A DNA stretch of 64,000 bases, taken from contig CAVUSO010000001.1 in assembly GCA_963744145.1 (NCBI GenBank), forward strand, positions 1,088,001-1,152,000. The letters run 5' to 3'. Positions within the stretch are counted from its first letter, which is position 1; each line of letters starts with the position of its first letter. The DNA is from an uncultured cyanobacterium. Lineage in GTDB: Bacteria; Cyanobacteriota; Cyanobacteriia; Cyanobacteriales; CAWUOF01. Of this stretch, positions 51,926 through 62,969 are shown in pieces. Under the pieces are notes generated by a model. It worked only from the letters and a program-made list of their open reading frames with translations. It made no database searches and was not told where the DNA came from. The position numbers and the translations under genes were made by a program.

Positions 51926-54313
51926 ATGGCAAAAGAAGCAGATAAAAATTTTCTCCAGGTAGAAGAGTCCAACCCTCAAACTTTAATCCCAAAGCCGATC
52001 GATAGCGACCAATTAGCCGCACAGCGACAAGAAACTTTAATCCAAATTCGTCAGAGTTTAAGAGCGGGACAACAGCAAATGGCTGATTGGCGCGGTGGAC
52101 CACTGGCAGTTTCCGCAGTTCCGGGTGCGGGTAAATCTACAGGAATGGCAGCAGCAGCAGCGATCGCGATCGCCCATTATCAGTTACGGGCTCGTCGTCA
52201 ATTAATTGTTGTTACCTTTACTCGTTCAGCCGCAGCTAATATTAAAACCAAAATTCGCAACTATCTGCAAGAATTATCTTTACCTCAAAGTGGATTTTTT
52301 GTCAATACTTTACATGGAATGGCCTTACATATTGCTAGTCGTTATCCAGATTTATCTGGTTTCAATTGGCAAAATATTACCCTAGTTTCTCCTCATCAAG
52401 GTCATCGATTAATTCGCAATTGTGTTGAACAATGGATTGCTGCTAATCCACAACGGTATCAAGTTTTATTAGAAGGAAGACAATTTGATGGAGAAGAAAC
52501 GGAAAGATTGCGTCGTCAATCAGTTTTGCGAACTGAAGTATTACCAAATTTGGCTTATCTAGTTATTCACGAAGCCAAATCTTCTGGTTATTCCCCAACC
52601 GATTTATGGGAATTAAGCCAAAATACTAGGGATAATTATGAGATTTTAGCGATCGCTTCTGGACTATATCAAAATTATGAAAAAATTCTGCGATCGCGAG
52701 ATTTAATTGATTATGATGATATGATCTTAGGAGCTTTAAGAGTATTAGAGAATAAGTATGCGCGATCGCAATGGCAAAATCAAGTTTTTGCAGTGTTTGA
52801 AGATGAAGCTCAAGACTCGACACCCCTCCAAGCTAAATTATTAGAAATTCTTGCGACTGATGCTCATGATCCTGATCTTCCTCCCAATTTAATCCGAGTC
52901 GGTGATCCTAATCAAGCAATTAACTCGACTTTTACTCCTGCTGATCCGATTTATTTCCGGGACTTTTGTGATCAATGTGACCAAATCGGACTTTTAGCAA
53001 CCATCGATCGAGCTGGTCGTAGCACCCAAATAATTATTGATGCAGCTAACTTTGTATTAGAATGGGTAAATCGTACCTATATCAGAGCCGAAAATCATCA
53101 TGCAGAATCAAGCACACCGTTTCGGTCCCAAACCATCTATCCTGTAGCTCCAGGAGATCCTCAAATTGATGCTAATCCAGCACCAGAAGGAATGGGATTA
53201 GAAATTTATACTCCTAATAATATTTACCAAACTGTAGAATTAATTGGTGAGCGGATCATCAATTTATTTACTAAAAATCCTACGGGAAAAGCAGCAATTT
53301 TAGTCAGGGAGAATAAACAAGGACGCTTCATTGCTGAGGTATTAACCAATCCGAATTATTATCATATTAACGTTAACTTAGAGGAATATAAAATCCCAAT
53401 TTATGATGTGAGCGATCGAGAAAGACGCTCACAAGTACCTGGAGAAATATTGGCTTTACTTCAATTTATCGATCGCCCCCATTCTCCAGACTTAGTTAAA
53501 GCAGCACTAACAGTTTTAGTCAATCGTCAACTCATCCCTACTCAAGACCTAAATACTCTCTCAATTCAACCAGAAGAATTCCTTTATCCCGGACCGTTAG
53601 AAGCACAACAAACCGAAGCAATGAGCAAAGCACGTCGATTTTGTTGCAGTTTGCTTGATGCTCATTTAGAATTACCAATTTATGATTTAATTAGTTTTTT
53701 AGCATTAACCTTAAAATACGATCGAGACGAACTAGCAACAGCAGATAAATTATCAGAGAGAATCTATCTACAAGCTGCGATCGATTTTTCCATGACCAAT
53801 ATTTTAGCAATTTTGAGCGAAATCGTTAATTCGGAAAGATTTGAACCAGTAGATTCCGAGGAAAATTCTGAATCCTTATATACCAAACCCCATCAACTGA
53901 CAATCATCACCATGCACAAAGCTAAAGGACTAGATTGGGATTATGTGTTTCTACCCTTTTTACACGAGCAAACCATACCCGGTAACTTACGAGTACCTCC
54001 CCAAACTCAATTTTTAGGTAATTTTACTCTAGCAGAAGTAGCTCGTGCCCAAATTCGAGCTAGCTTACATCAACAACCAATCCCCGATCTAGCAAGTGCT
54101 TGGGAAGAAGCAGGATATTTAAAAACAGCAGAAGAATTCCGTTTACTATATGTAGCAATGACCAGAGCTAAACGGTTATTATGGCTCTCAGCGGAACAAC
54201 AGGCTCCTTTTACTTGGAATAAACCAGAAAACACTCAACCACAAACCCCTTCACCGATTATACCAGCTTTAAAAGCTAGATTTCCCGCATCAGTAATTGA
54301 ACCAAAAAATTAG
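51926..54313 (+). CDS. UvrD/Rep-family ATP-dependent helicase
   Basis: AVPGAGKS, VTFTRSAA, EDEAQD, VGDPNQAI, TMHKAKGLDWD, RLLYVAMTRAK. Confidence 0.93.
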   Translation: MAKEADKNFLQVEESNPQTLIPKPIDSDQLAAQRQETLIQIRQSLRAGQQQMADWRGGPLAVSAVPGAGKSTGMAAAAAIAIAHYQLRARRQLIVVTFTRSAAANIKTKIRNYLQELSLPQSGFFVNTLHGMALHIASRYPDLSGFNWQNITLVSPHQGHRLIRNCVEQWIAANPQRYQVLLEGRQFDGEETERLRRQSVLRTEVLPNLAYLVIHEAKSSGYSPTDLWELSQNTRDNYEILAIASGLYQNYEKILRSRDLIDYDDMILGALRVLENKYARSQWQNQVFAVFEDEAQDSTPLQAKLLEILATDAHDPDLPPNLIRVGDPNQAINSTFTPADPIYFRDFCDQCDQIGLLATIDRAGRSTQIIIDAANFVLEWVNRTYIRAENHHAESSTPFRSQTIYPVAPGDPQIDANPAPEGMGLEIYTPNNIYQTVELIGERIINLFTKNPTGKAAILVRENKQGRFIAEVLTNPNYYHINVNLEEYKIPIYDVSDRERRSQVPGEILALLQFIDRPHSPDLVKAALTVLVNRQLIPTQDLNTLSIQPEEFLYPGPLEAQQTEAMSKARRFCCSLLDAHLELPIYDLISFLALTLKYDRDELATADKLSERIYLQAAIDFSMTNILAILSEIVNSERFEPVDSEENSESLYTKPHQLTIITMHKAKGLDWDYVFLPFLHEQTIPGNLRVPPQTQFLGNFTLAEVARAQIRASLHQQPIPDLASAWEEAGYLKTAEEFRLLYVAMTRAKRLLWLSAEQQAPFTWNKPENTQPQTPSPIIPALKARFPASVIEPKN

Positions 54314-54493
54314 TTGTTGATCTTAGCAATATTGTTTACAACTAGAGAAGTTCAACTACATACCTGGAAATTCGGTCCAACTAGGTAGCTTTTAAAGACC
54401 TCTGACAAAAAATAACTAGGACAGACCAGATGTCTGTCCCACAATAGCCAAAAAAATTAGATAATTACATCAACCTCTGTTGAATTTGATCTT

Positions 54494-55312
54494 GTGTCCA
54501 TTCGCTTAAAGACCTTACCTCCCTGGACTTTTCTATCTCTCATCACTAATGGAATTCTCCTCCTGACAGTGATGCTACTATTACTGCGGGATTATCGTTT
54601 ACCAGAAGATGGAAGTGCATCAGCTAATGAATCGAAACAAGGAAATCATCTGGCCCATTTGGCAACAGAGTTAGGCCCGCGACACCAATTAAGTTATGAT
54701 CAATGGTTAAGTTTACTCAGACGTGAAGCTCTCGTGGTAGCTAAAAAACAGCCCGATCACTTAACTATTCTCGCTGGTGATTCCTTAAGTTTGTGGTTTG
54801 GACCAGATTTATTACCGACGGGACGCACTTGGCTCAATCAAGGAATTTCTGGAGAAACTTCTGGGGGATTATTACACAGGTTACAACTATTTGACCAAAC
54901 TCAGCCCCAGACAATTTGGGTGATGATTGGGATTAATGACTTGATCCGTGGGGTAAAGGATGAGGTGATTTTGGACAATCAACGGGAAATTATTCGCTAT
55001 TTACGTCGAAATCATCCCCAAACTGAAATTGTGATGCAATCGATTTTACCTCATGCGGGTTCTCAAGCTACTTGGGAAGGTCGCGATCGCTTACGTTCGA
55101 TCGCTAATAGTCGCATCCGGGAACTGAATCGACAATTAGCAGCGATCGCGAACCAAGAAGGAGCCTATTATTTAGATTTACATCCCCTCTTTACCGATGC
55201 TCAAGGTCAATTACGCTCTGATTTAACTACAGATGGTTTGCATCTTAACCCTCAAGGTTATTTAGTTTGGCGATCGGCGATTCAGGTATTTAGTCAATTA
55301 AAGTTGCAGTAG
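54494..55312 (+). CDS. SGNH/GDSL hydrolase with N-terminal TM
   Basis: GDSLS, NQGISG, IGIND, DGLH. Confidence 0.92.
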   Translation: MSIRLKTLPPWTFLSLITNGILLLTVMLLLLRDYRLPEDGSASANESKQGNHLAHLATELGPRHQLSYDQWLSLLRREALVVAKKQPDHLTILAGDSLSLWFGPDLLPTGRTWLNQGISGETSGGLLHRLQLFDQTQPQTIWVMIGINDLIRGVKDEVILDNQREIIRYLRRNHPQTEIVMQSILPHAGSQATWEGRDRLRSIANSRIRELNRQLAAIANQEGAYYLDLHPLFTDAQGQLRSDLTTDGLHLNPQGYLVWRSAIQVFSQLKLQ

Positions 55313-55420
55313 GGATATATTTCTGTAGGGACGTATAGTAATCTGTAGGGGCGTATTGCAATACGCCCCTACAGTCCTATGATAGAGAAAATTAAGCTAG
55401 GGTCTGGGAGACACAATTTC

Positions 55421-56620
55421 ATGGATACAAAAACTTTTAAGCGATCGCTACAACAATCAGACAACTACCATCGGAAAGGATTTGGACACGCAGCTGAAGT
55501 TGCAGGTGTCCTCCAGTCAGCTTATCAAAGCAATTTAATTCAGCAAATTCGGGACAATAACTATACTTTATCTAGTCAAAATGTTACCATTCGCCTCGCG
55601 GAAGCTTTTGGGTTTTGTTGGGGAGTAGAAAGAGCCGTCGCGATCGCTTATGAGACTCGTCAGCATTTTCCCACTGAACGGATTTGGATTACTAATGAAA
55701 TTATTCATAATCCTTCCGTCAATCAGCACTTGCTCAATATGCAGGTTCAATTCATTCCCGCAGTTAATGGCACCAAAGACTTTTCTTTAATTGACAGTGG
55801 TGATGTAGTGATCTTACCAGCTTTCGGTGCAACTGTGCAAGAAATGCAGTTATTGAATGATAAACAATGCAAAATTGTTGATACTACTTGTCCGTGGGTA
55901 TCAAAAGTTTGGAATAGTGTGGAAAAACATAAAAAAGGCGATTATACTTCAATTATTCATGGTAAGTATAACCACGAAGAAACCTTAGCTACCAGTTCCT
56001 TTGCGACTAAATATTTAATCGTACTTAATTTAGCTGAATCTGAATATGTCGCCAATTATATTTTACATGGTGGCGATCGCGAAGAATTTCTGGCTAAATT
56101 CAGCAAAGCTCATTCAGTTGGTTTCAATCCTGATACCGATTTAACTCAAATTGGGATTGCTAATCAAACCACCATGCTGAAAACAGAAACTGAGCAAATT
56201 GGTAAGTTATTTGAACGAACCATGCTCAAAAAATACGGTCCTAGGGATTTAAACCAACATTTTCTAGCATTTAATACGATCTGTGATGCTACCCAGGAAC
56301 GACAAGATGCTATGTTGAAATTAGTGCATGAAGATCTAGATTTAATCGTAGTTATTGGTGGATTCAATTCTTCTAATACCACCCATCTGCAAGAAATCGC
56401 TATTGAGCATAAAATTCCATCTTATCATATTGACTGTGCCGAAAGAATTTTACCAGATAATCGGATTGAACATAAACCTCTCAATCAGCAATTAACCATC
56501 CAAGAAAATTGGCTCCCTGATGGCGAAATTGTTGTGGGAATTACTTCTGGAGCTTCAACTCCAGATAAGGTAGTAGAAGATACCATTGCCAAGATTTTTG
56601 CGCTAAAAGCAATTCACTGA
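55421..56620 (+). CDS. ispH: 4-hydroxy-3-methylbut-2-enyl diphosphate reductase
   Basis: [43 protein letters not shown]. Confidence 0.97.
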   Translation: MDTKTFKRSLQQSDNYHRKGFGHAAEVAGVLQSAYQSNLIQQIRDNNYTLSSQNVTIRLAEAFGFCWGVERAVAIAYETRQHFPTERIWITNEIIHNPSVNQHLLNMQVQFIPAVNGTKDFSLIDSGDVVILPAFGATVQEMQLLNDKQCKIVDTTCPWVSKVWNSVEKHKKGDYTSIIHGKYNHEETLATSSFATKYLIVLNLAESEYVANYILHGGDREEFLAKFSKAHSVGFNPDTDLTQIGIANQTTMLKTETEQIGKLFERTMLKKYGPRDLNQHFLAFNTICDATQERQDAMLKLVHEDLDLIVVIGGFNSSNTTHLQEIAIEHKIPSYHIDCAERILPDNRIEHKPLNQQLTIQENWLPDGEIVVGITSGASTPDKVVEDTIAKIFALKAIH

Positions 56621-56625
56621 AGTTA

Positions 56626-57048
56626 CTAATCTATTCTAATCTTACAAAACCCTAACAAATGACGAGTCCATTCAGCTGCGAGGGGAATTTCTGTAAAAGG
56701 AATATGCACCACAGCAGCTGAATCATTAAATAAGAATTCTAACCTAATCACACGCCCTTTAGGAGGTGGTTGATCTAAATCAACTGCTTGATCATCGACT
56801 AACAGACGTAGCGATCGCACATCCAGGAGGGAAAAACTAGCTAAATTAATTGGGCCTTTACGAGTGGGCTTTCCCCAAGTTAAATCATGACCATTTTGAC
56901 CTAGCACCGCATAAATATCATATTTAGCGCGGGAGAACTGTTTTGCCCAAACTCGATAAGCTTCAACTTTTTGATATTCATTCCAACCTGCCCAAGCTAA
57001 CCAGATAAAAACTGCTAGCAAGGGTAACCAAAACAAACCTCTTTCCAT
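56626..57048 (-). CDS. Conserved cyanobacterial membrane-anchored hypothetical protein
   Basis: MERGLFWLPLL..F.WLAW.GWNEYQKVEAY, KYDIYAVLG, IPFTE. Confidence 0.8.
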   Translation of the reverse strand: MERGLFWLPLLAVFIWLAWAGWNEYQKVEAYRVWAKQFSRAKYDIYAVLGQNGHDLTWGKPTRKGPINLASFSLLDVRSLRLLVDDQAVDLDQPPPKGRVIRLEFLFNDSAAVVHIPFTEIPLAAEWTRHLLGFCKIRID

Positions 57049-57163
57049 TATCAATATTACCTAACAACCAAAATACAAACTGTCTATAGCGAGTAACATC
57101 ACCTTTAATCAGATTAAGCTATCGTGGTGAAAGAAGAGGCAATCTTAGCTTAAGTAGATAATT

Positions 57164-59011
57164 ATGAAAAAATTTTTCTGGTTTTGCCTGTTTTTCATTG
57201 GCCTATTTTGGGTGTTATCTAGCTTCAAAGGGCTAGCAGACCAAGGAGAATTTCAAACCATTGTCCTAGACTTTCGGGAAAATATCCCGGTCACCCAGAT
57301 CGAGGCGAGCGTGCGATCGCTTGATCAAAACTATCGCGTCGAACCACATCCCAACAGTATTTTTTCGGGTAAAGACCATATATACATTATCAAAGGCGAT
57401 CGCCAGTTATTGGCAAACCTGAAAAAATCCGACCTAGCCAAATATACAGAAATTATCGAGCCTAATTATATCTACGGAGTACCAGAACCAAACAAACCCC
57501 AGGCCCAACTGTCAACGGTCAGCCCAAGTAGCTCGACTAACGGGGCGATCGGGACAGTAAACGGACCGAATGATCCTCTCTATAGTAAACAGTGGAATCT
57601 GCATAACATTAACATTCAATCAGCCTGGCACGAAACCAAAGGCGATGGAGTCACTGTAGCTGTAATTGATACTGGGGTGACCCAGGTGCCAGACCTGAAA
57701 GAAACTAAAATCGTTCCTGGCTATGACTTTGTAAATGATCAAGTATCCGCAACAGATGACAATGGTCATGGCACCCATGTCGCGGGAACAATTGCCCAAT
57801 CAACCAATAACAATTATGGCGTAGCAGGGGTAGCCTACGAAGCCAAAATTATGCCCTTAAAAGTCTTGAGTGCTAGTGGGGGCGGGACAATTGCCGATAT
57901 TGCCGAAGCGATCCGTTTTGCTGCGGACAATGGTGCTGATGTGATTAACCTCAGCTTAGGTGGTTCAGGAGAAAGCCAGTTAATGGAAGAAGCGATCAAC
58001 TATGCCCATCAAAAAGGAGTAGTCATCATCGCTGCTGCTGGTAACTCTAACCAAAATGCCGCAGGTTATCCCGCTCGTTATCCCCGAGTCTTGGGTGTAG
58101 CTGCTTTAGATGCTGCTGGGAAGAAAGCAGTTTATTCAAATTTTGGTGCTGGTGTGGATTTAGCTGCTCCTGGTGGCGATACTAGTGTCAGTGACGCGGG
58201 TGGAATTCTCCAAAATACGATCGACCCAGCACAAGGTACAGCGATCTTTGCCGCGTATCAAGGTACAAGTATGGCTTCTCCCCATGTCGCTGGAGTAGCA
58301 GCCATGATCAAAGCAGTTGGAGTCAGTGATCCTAATACCGTCGTCGATATCCTCAAACAATCAGCCAGAACAGTTGTTGAAGATCCCCTCAATCACTATG
58401 GAGCTGGTCAGCTAAATGCTGGAGATGCAGTTCAACTAGCTCTACGCGGTAAACTTACCTTTACCGACTTTTTCCGTTGGTTGCGAGATAATGGTTATCT
58501 CAATCCTCATTTTTGGATTGATGGTGGTGCGATCGCCCTGTTACCGAAAATTGCGATGGTACTTGGCTCCTATCTGCTCGCTTGGTTTTTACGGAATTAT
58601 TTACCCTTCTCTTGGAGTTGGTCTTTAGTTAGTGGATTAGTAGTTGGTAGTAGTGGGTTATTCCCTTTACGTGCTCTCTATGTATTTGATCTACCTCAGT
58701 GGTCATTTCGGGTCATGGGTAGTTCAATCCCCGAACTAGGTACTGCTATTCAAGGAAGTCACCTTCTTAATCCAATTTTTGCCAGCATATTGATCCCCTT
58801 GCTCCTGGTAACTTTGTTATTAGGACATCCAAGCTGGAAATGGTTTGCGATCGGTTCGACTCTTGGTGTTGCTAGTTGTCTAGCTGTGAGTGCTGTCATC
58901 TCACCATCTTTATTATGGTTAGGTGACGATTGGTTAGCTCGCATTTTTCTAGCAGTTAATGCTTTACTTTGTTTCGCTTTGGCTCGTTTAGCTAGCAAAG
59001 GAGAAAAGTAG
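57164..59011 (+). CDS. S8 subtilase with C-terminal multi-TM domain (DUF5942-like)
   Basis: VIDTG, HGTHVAG, AAAGN, GTSMASP; hydrophobic C-terminus. Confidence 0.92.
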   Translation: MKKFFWFCLFFIGLFWVLSSFKGLADQGEFQTIVLDFRENIPVTQIEASVRSLDQNYRVEPHPNSIFSGKDHIYIIKGDRQLLANLKKSDLAKYTEIIEPNYIYGVPEPNKPQAQLSTVSPSSSTNGAIGTVNGPNDPLYSKQWNLHNINIQSAWHETKGDGVTVAVIDTGVTQVPDLKETKIVPGYDFVNDQVSATDDNGHGTHVAGTIAQSTNNNYGVAGVAYEAKIMPLKVLSASGGGTIADIAEAIRFAADNGADVINLSLGGSGESQLMEEAINYAHQKGVVIIAAAGNSNQNAAGYPARYPRVLGVAALDAAGKKAVYSNFGAGVDLAAPGGDTSVSDAGGILQNTIDPAQGTAIFAAYQGTSMASPHVAGVAAMIKAVGVSDPNTVVDILKQSARTVVEDPLNHYGAGQLNAGDAVQLALRGKLTFTDFFRWLRDNGYLNPHFWIDGGAIALLPKIAMVLGSYLLAWFLRNYLPFSWSWSLVSGLVVGSSGLFPLRALYVFDLPQWSFRVMGSSIPELGTAIQGSHLLNPIFASILIPLLLVTLLLGHPSWKWFAIGSTLGVASCLAVSAVISPSLLWLGDDWLARIFLAVNALLCFALARLASKGEK

Positions 59012-59012
59012 C

Positions 59013-59246
59013 ATGAGCATCACGGTTGATGGCATGATTAAACGGATCGGTATGGGTTCAGGAACTTGGGCTTTAGTAGCAGATAATGGTGCATCTTATG
59101 AGTTAAATCAAGGCACACCAGAAGAGCTACTTAAAGCTGGTTTGAAAGTTAGAGTTGAAGGTCAGGTACGTGAAGATGTGATGACTTTTGCCATGATCGG
59201 TCCGGTTTTAGAAGTGAAAAGTTTTAACTTAATCGGTAATGATTAG
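59013..59246 (+). CDS. Small conserved hypothetical protein (OB-fold-like)
   Basis: G.G.WAL, YEL, V.G.VREDVMT.AMIGPVLEV; directly follows the protease stop. Confidence 0.75.
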   Translation: MSITVDGMIKRIGMGSGTWALVADNGASYELNQGTPEELLKAGLKVRVEGQVREDVMTFAMIGPVLEVKSFNLIGND

Positions 59247-59273
59247 AGTTTACCCGCTCGCGGAGTCGAAGAA

Positions 59274-59362
59274 GGGTGAAGCATTCGGATCTAATATTAC
59301 TAGTCTGATTGTTCAATTGTCGCTAAACATGCTTCACCCCTACACTTAACTGAACCGTATTA
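59274..59362 (-). repeat. Inverted partial copy of the 4356-4490 MITE/REP
   Basis: Reverse complement aatacggttcagttaagtgtaggggtgaagcat...taatattagatccgaatgcttcaccc. Confidence 0.8.
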
Positions 59363-59715
59363 GACAAGAACAAAAGTCAAAAATATTTGTTTGTAGTAAG
59401 GGCTGTCTTCCCTGGATTATTGAGCATGATTGGGACTCGCATTCCCTACTACAAACGATTTAATTGTGGCAGCACAAAAAAATGAGGTTTTCTAAAAAAC
59501 CTGCTTTCTAGTCTGATTAGTTAAAATAATAGTGAAGGTAATAAAGCCTCCGGATTTTTGACTAGCTCATTAGTAGCAATCAGTTATATATGCTTTTAGC
59601 AGCAATAGCACCGACAGATGAGAGATTTTTTCTCCATCTTGATTCAAGAACGATTGGTTGAAGTCTCCCAATTGCCAGAAAATATAAAACTTAATTTTAG
59701 GAATAGACGGAAGTT

Positions 59716-62178
59716 GTGACCCAAGAATTTCATATATCAGTGACCCCGGTTGGGGAAGACGAATATCTAATTCGTACAGAACGGGTAGCTCCAGGAGTAC
59801 CACTAGCTGAAGAAAAAGTAAAATGGCCCGTAGATCATTGGTTGCAACAAGCTCGTCAACTGATGGATGATCCATTGTTAGGTTTGCTCCGGGTTAATGA
59901 AGCTGATGATCCTGATCTGGAAAAACAGGACGATCGCCGTCACTCTGTTCTTAATTTAGTAGATTTAGGGCAAGAACTTTTTACTGGTTTATTCCAAGGG
60001 ACAATGCGGGATAGTTGGCTGATTGCCCAAGGAATTGCCCAGCATCGAGGTGACGGGTTACGACTACGGTTGGGACTCAAAGGACCCCGTTTAGCATTTT
60101 TACCTTGGGAGGTACTTTATCATTACGATCGCCCGATCGCCACAGGTGCAGATGTTCTATTTTCTCGGTATCAGCCTGGTACAGTGTTAATTACTCCTTC
60201 TAGAAGCGATCGTCAGAGCAATGAAAGCCAAAATTTGAAAATTTTAATGGTTTTAGCAGCTCCTACGGATCAAGAGTGTTTAGCACTCGAACGAGAAGCA
60301 AATCATCTGAAAGAGGAACTAGAAAGTCAGTCACCGAGTGGAACGAAAATTGAACTGTCGATTCTCTCTCAACCCGATCGAGAACAGCTTACTGATGCTC
60401 TAGAACAAGGACAATATCAAGTTTTTCACTATGCTGGTCACAGTAGTTTAGGTGCAGGTGGTGGTCAACTATATCTAGTGAGTCGAAAAACGGGTCTGAG
60501 TGAAACCGTCAGTGGTCATGACTTGGCTGGATTGCTAGCCAATAATGGAATTAAGTTGACTGTATTTAATTCTTGTCGAGGCGCTCATCATGGTTCTTCT
60601 GGTTTAACTAATGATACGGGAGAACGTAATCTCGCACAAGCCTTAGTCAAACGAGATATTCCAGCGGTACTAGCTATGGCTGAACGGATTCCGGATGATG
60701 TGGCGCTGACTTTATCACAACTATTTTATCGCAATATTAATAAAGGTTATTCTGTTGATCTCAGCTTAAGTCGGGCACGTCAGGGTTTGATTTCTGCTTA
60801 TGGTTCTAACCAGCTTTATTGGGCTTTACCGATTCTCTACCTTCATCCCGAATTTGATGGTTATTTAACTGCTCATCATCAGTCACATTACTCAAACGAA
60901 ATTCCCTTAGAAACAGGAGTAATTGGCCAAAATAGGTCGAAAAAATCACAGCGGCTATTATCGAATTTTCTACCTGTGAATCATGGTATGTTCTTAGATG
61001 ATCCTGATGCTTTGGATGAAATTGATCCAGAGAATTGGGATGATTTTGTTGATGATGTTGAGAGTGATGATCGGTCAGAAGACTCAGCTTTGGTGTCTGA
61101 TCTCCTCCGACAATTAGCGAATGAGCCAGCGGTGAATACTACTCCTACTCAACCCAATGATCAGCAAAAATTAGAATTGAATTCGGTTGGAGAAATCAGT
61201 AATGTTAATAGTCAAAGTTTCTCTAATCATAATGTCTCTGGATTAGTAAAAAATGACGCTGATTCTCATCAATATCCGGCTCATTTGACCGAGCATCAAA
61301 ATTATGCTAGTGCGAACAATTTTTTGGCTATTAATTGGCAGAAAAGTCGTCAAAAATTTCCGATAGTTTGGCCAGTTTTAGCAGCGTTAGCAGTTACCGG
61401 AATTGCTTTTTTGGGAACCTGGATTTGGAGTGGTAAAAATTTTCAAATAGAAGTGCCAGATGCTGATAAATCATCTTTAGCACCCACATCTGGTCAGTTA
61501 ACAGCTAAGGATTTTTTGAAAAATATAGATAATAAAACGATTACTACGATCGCAATTTCGGCTTTTAATCGTGGCGATTTAGCAACTGGACAACAAGCGA
61601 TCGAAGAATTGCTCAAACCCGAACGGGGAGGGTTAAAATATGCTAAGGAAGCTTTAACAGCTTTACCGAATCAAAAGGATACTCCCGTAATTAGCTTTTT
61701 GCGAGGTCGGTTAGCTTGGCAATCTGTGCAAGCTGGTGATGCTAATTTTAGCATTGATGATGCTCGACGTTATTGGGAAACAGCCATAAAAGGTGGCTCG
61801 AAACTGGCACTTTACTATAATGCTTTGGGCTTTGCTTATTATGCTGAAGGTAATTTAAAACAAGCAAATGAAGCTTGGTTTCAAGCTTTATATTTACATG
61901 AAGAAAAAAAAGCCAGTAATCATAATCTCGTCATGAGTACAGATGCTTTAACTTCTTATGCTGGGTTAGCGCTAGCATTTGTAAAAACTGCTCAAACTAA
62001 ATCTAATGATCAGAAAGTGCGGTTATTGAGTGAAGCGATTAAATTACGAGAAAAGGTAATGACAGATGACTCAAAAGATTTTCAACCTAACGCATTAAGT
62101 AAAAATTGGATGTGGAATGAAACTGCAATTAAAGACTGGCAATTGCTGCTCCAACGTGAAAAACCCACTTCCTCATGA
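59716..62178 (+). CDS. hetF: HetF-like CHAT-domain (caspase-like) protease with TM and TPR
   Basis: QEFHISVTPVG..EYL.RTE.VAPGVPLAEE N-terminus; HYAGH and NSCRG dyad; WALPILY. Confidence 0.85.
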   Translation: MTQEFHISVTPVGEDEYLIRTERVAPGVPLAEEKVKWPVDHWLQQARQLMDDPLLGLLRVNEADDPDLEKQDDRRHSVLNLVDLGQELFTGLFQGTMRDSWLIAQGIAQHRGDGLRLRLGLKGPRLAFLPWEVLYHYDRPIATGADVLFSRYQPGTVLITPSRSDRQSNESQNLKILMVLAAPTDQECLALEREANHLKEELESQSPSGTKIELSILSQPDREQLTDALEQGQYQVFHYAGHSSLGAGGGQLYLVSRKTGLSETVSGHDLAGLLANNGIKLTVFNSCRGAHHGSSGLTNDTGERNLAQALVKRDIPAVLAMAERIPDDVALTLSQLFYRNINKGYSVDLSLSRARQGLISAYGSNQLYWALPILYLHPEFDGYLTAHHQSHYSNEIPLETGVIGQNRSKKSQRLLSNFLPVNHGMFLDDPDALDEIDPENWDDFVDDVESDDRSEDSALVSDLLRQLANEPAVNTTPTQPNDQQKLELNSVGEISNVNSQSFSNHNVSGLVKNDADSHQYPAHLTEHQNYASANNFLAINWQKSRQKFPIVWPVLAALAVTGIAFLGTWIWSGKNFQIEVPDADKSSLAPTSGQLTAKDFLKNIDNKTITTIAISAFNRGDLATGQQAIEELLKPERGGLKYAKEALTALPNQKDTPVISFLRGRLAWQSVQAGDANFSIDDARRYWETAIKGGSKLALYYNALGFAYYAEGNLKQANEAWFQALYLHEEKKASNHNLVMSTDALTSYAGLALAFVKTAQTKSNDQKVRLLSEAIKLREKVMTDDSKDFQPNALSKNWMWNETAIKDWQLLLQREKPTSS

Positions 62179-62181
62179 AAA

Positions 62182-62496
62182 TTATCTGATTAATGCTCGC
62201 TGAATTAAGAAAGAGCCGAACACACAACACAGAGCGATCGCACCAAATAATTCTAATGGTAAAGGTGCGTCAATTTGTTCGACTACAAAACCGGGATTAG
62301 TTAAACCATTAAACGCGACGATCGCAATTGATATGAGGAGAATACATAAGAGGATGGGAAAAATTACCAGTGGTTTTTTCAACTGGTCAATTATTAATTT
62401 TAATGGTAACTGTTTTTTTTGGATTAATTGCGGTGATGCTACGGCAATATTTTTTAATTGACCAGGTTTAAGATTGATGCTGTTATTTTTTTGCAT
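62182..62496 (-). CDS. Hypothetical two-TM membrane protein
   Basis: ATG with ggag RBS; two hydrophobic segments. Confidence 0.65.
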   Translation of the reverse strand: MQKNNSINLKPGQLKNIAVASPQLIQKKQLPLKLIIDQLKKPLVIFPILLCILLISIAIVAFNGLTNPGFVVEQIDAPLPLELFGAIALCCVFGSFLIQRALIR

Positions 62497-62565
62497 AGTT
62501 ACTCCATGTAAATAATCTCTCCTCCAATTAGTTCTACTCGTTCATCAACTCTTCTACGGTAAAGA

Positions 62566-62969
62566 GTCTGTGATGTAAGATGGGGTATGTCTCGACTACG
62601 CCTTGTGTTGAGCGTAGTCGAAACATCGACACAATGGTTCATCAAGGTGATCTGTGAGGCAGGGCGGGTTCATTAATACCTCGACTACCCTTCGACTACG
62701 CCCTTCGACTTCGCTCAGGGAACACTCAGGGCAAGCGCTCGGCACAAGAGTTATTTGTGTGTGGCAAATTCAGCTCCTGAACCCGCCCCTACGAGATCAT
62801 AAAAATGTATTGTCAATGAATTTATGATCACAATCAACCAGGATTTGTAGGGGCGGGTTCACCAGTTAATTCTGACACAAATAGATCAACATCATAAACC
62901 CGCCCAACCAACACAGATCAATCACAACTAACTTTAACTGATCGGACAGGCAAGATGCCTGTCCCACAA
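62566..62969 (+). repeat. Composite REP-doublet element, copy 2, with two 48-nt nested insertions
   Basis: Aligns with 51534-51915 apart from inserts at 62588-62635 and 62688-62735 and a roughly 60-bp segment present only in copy 1. Confidence 0.9.
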
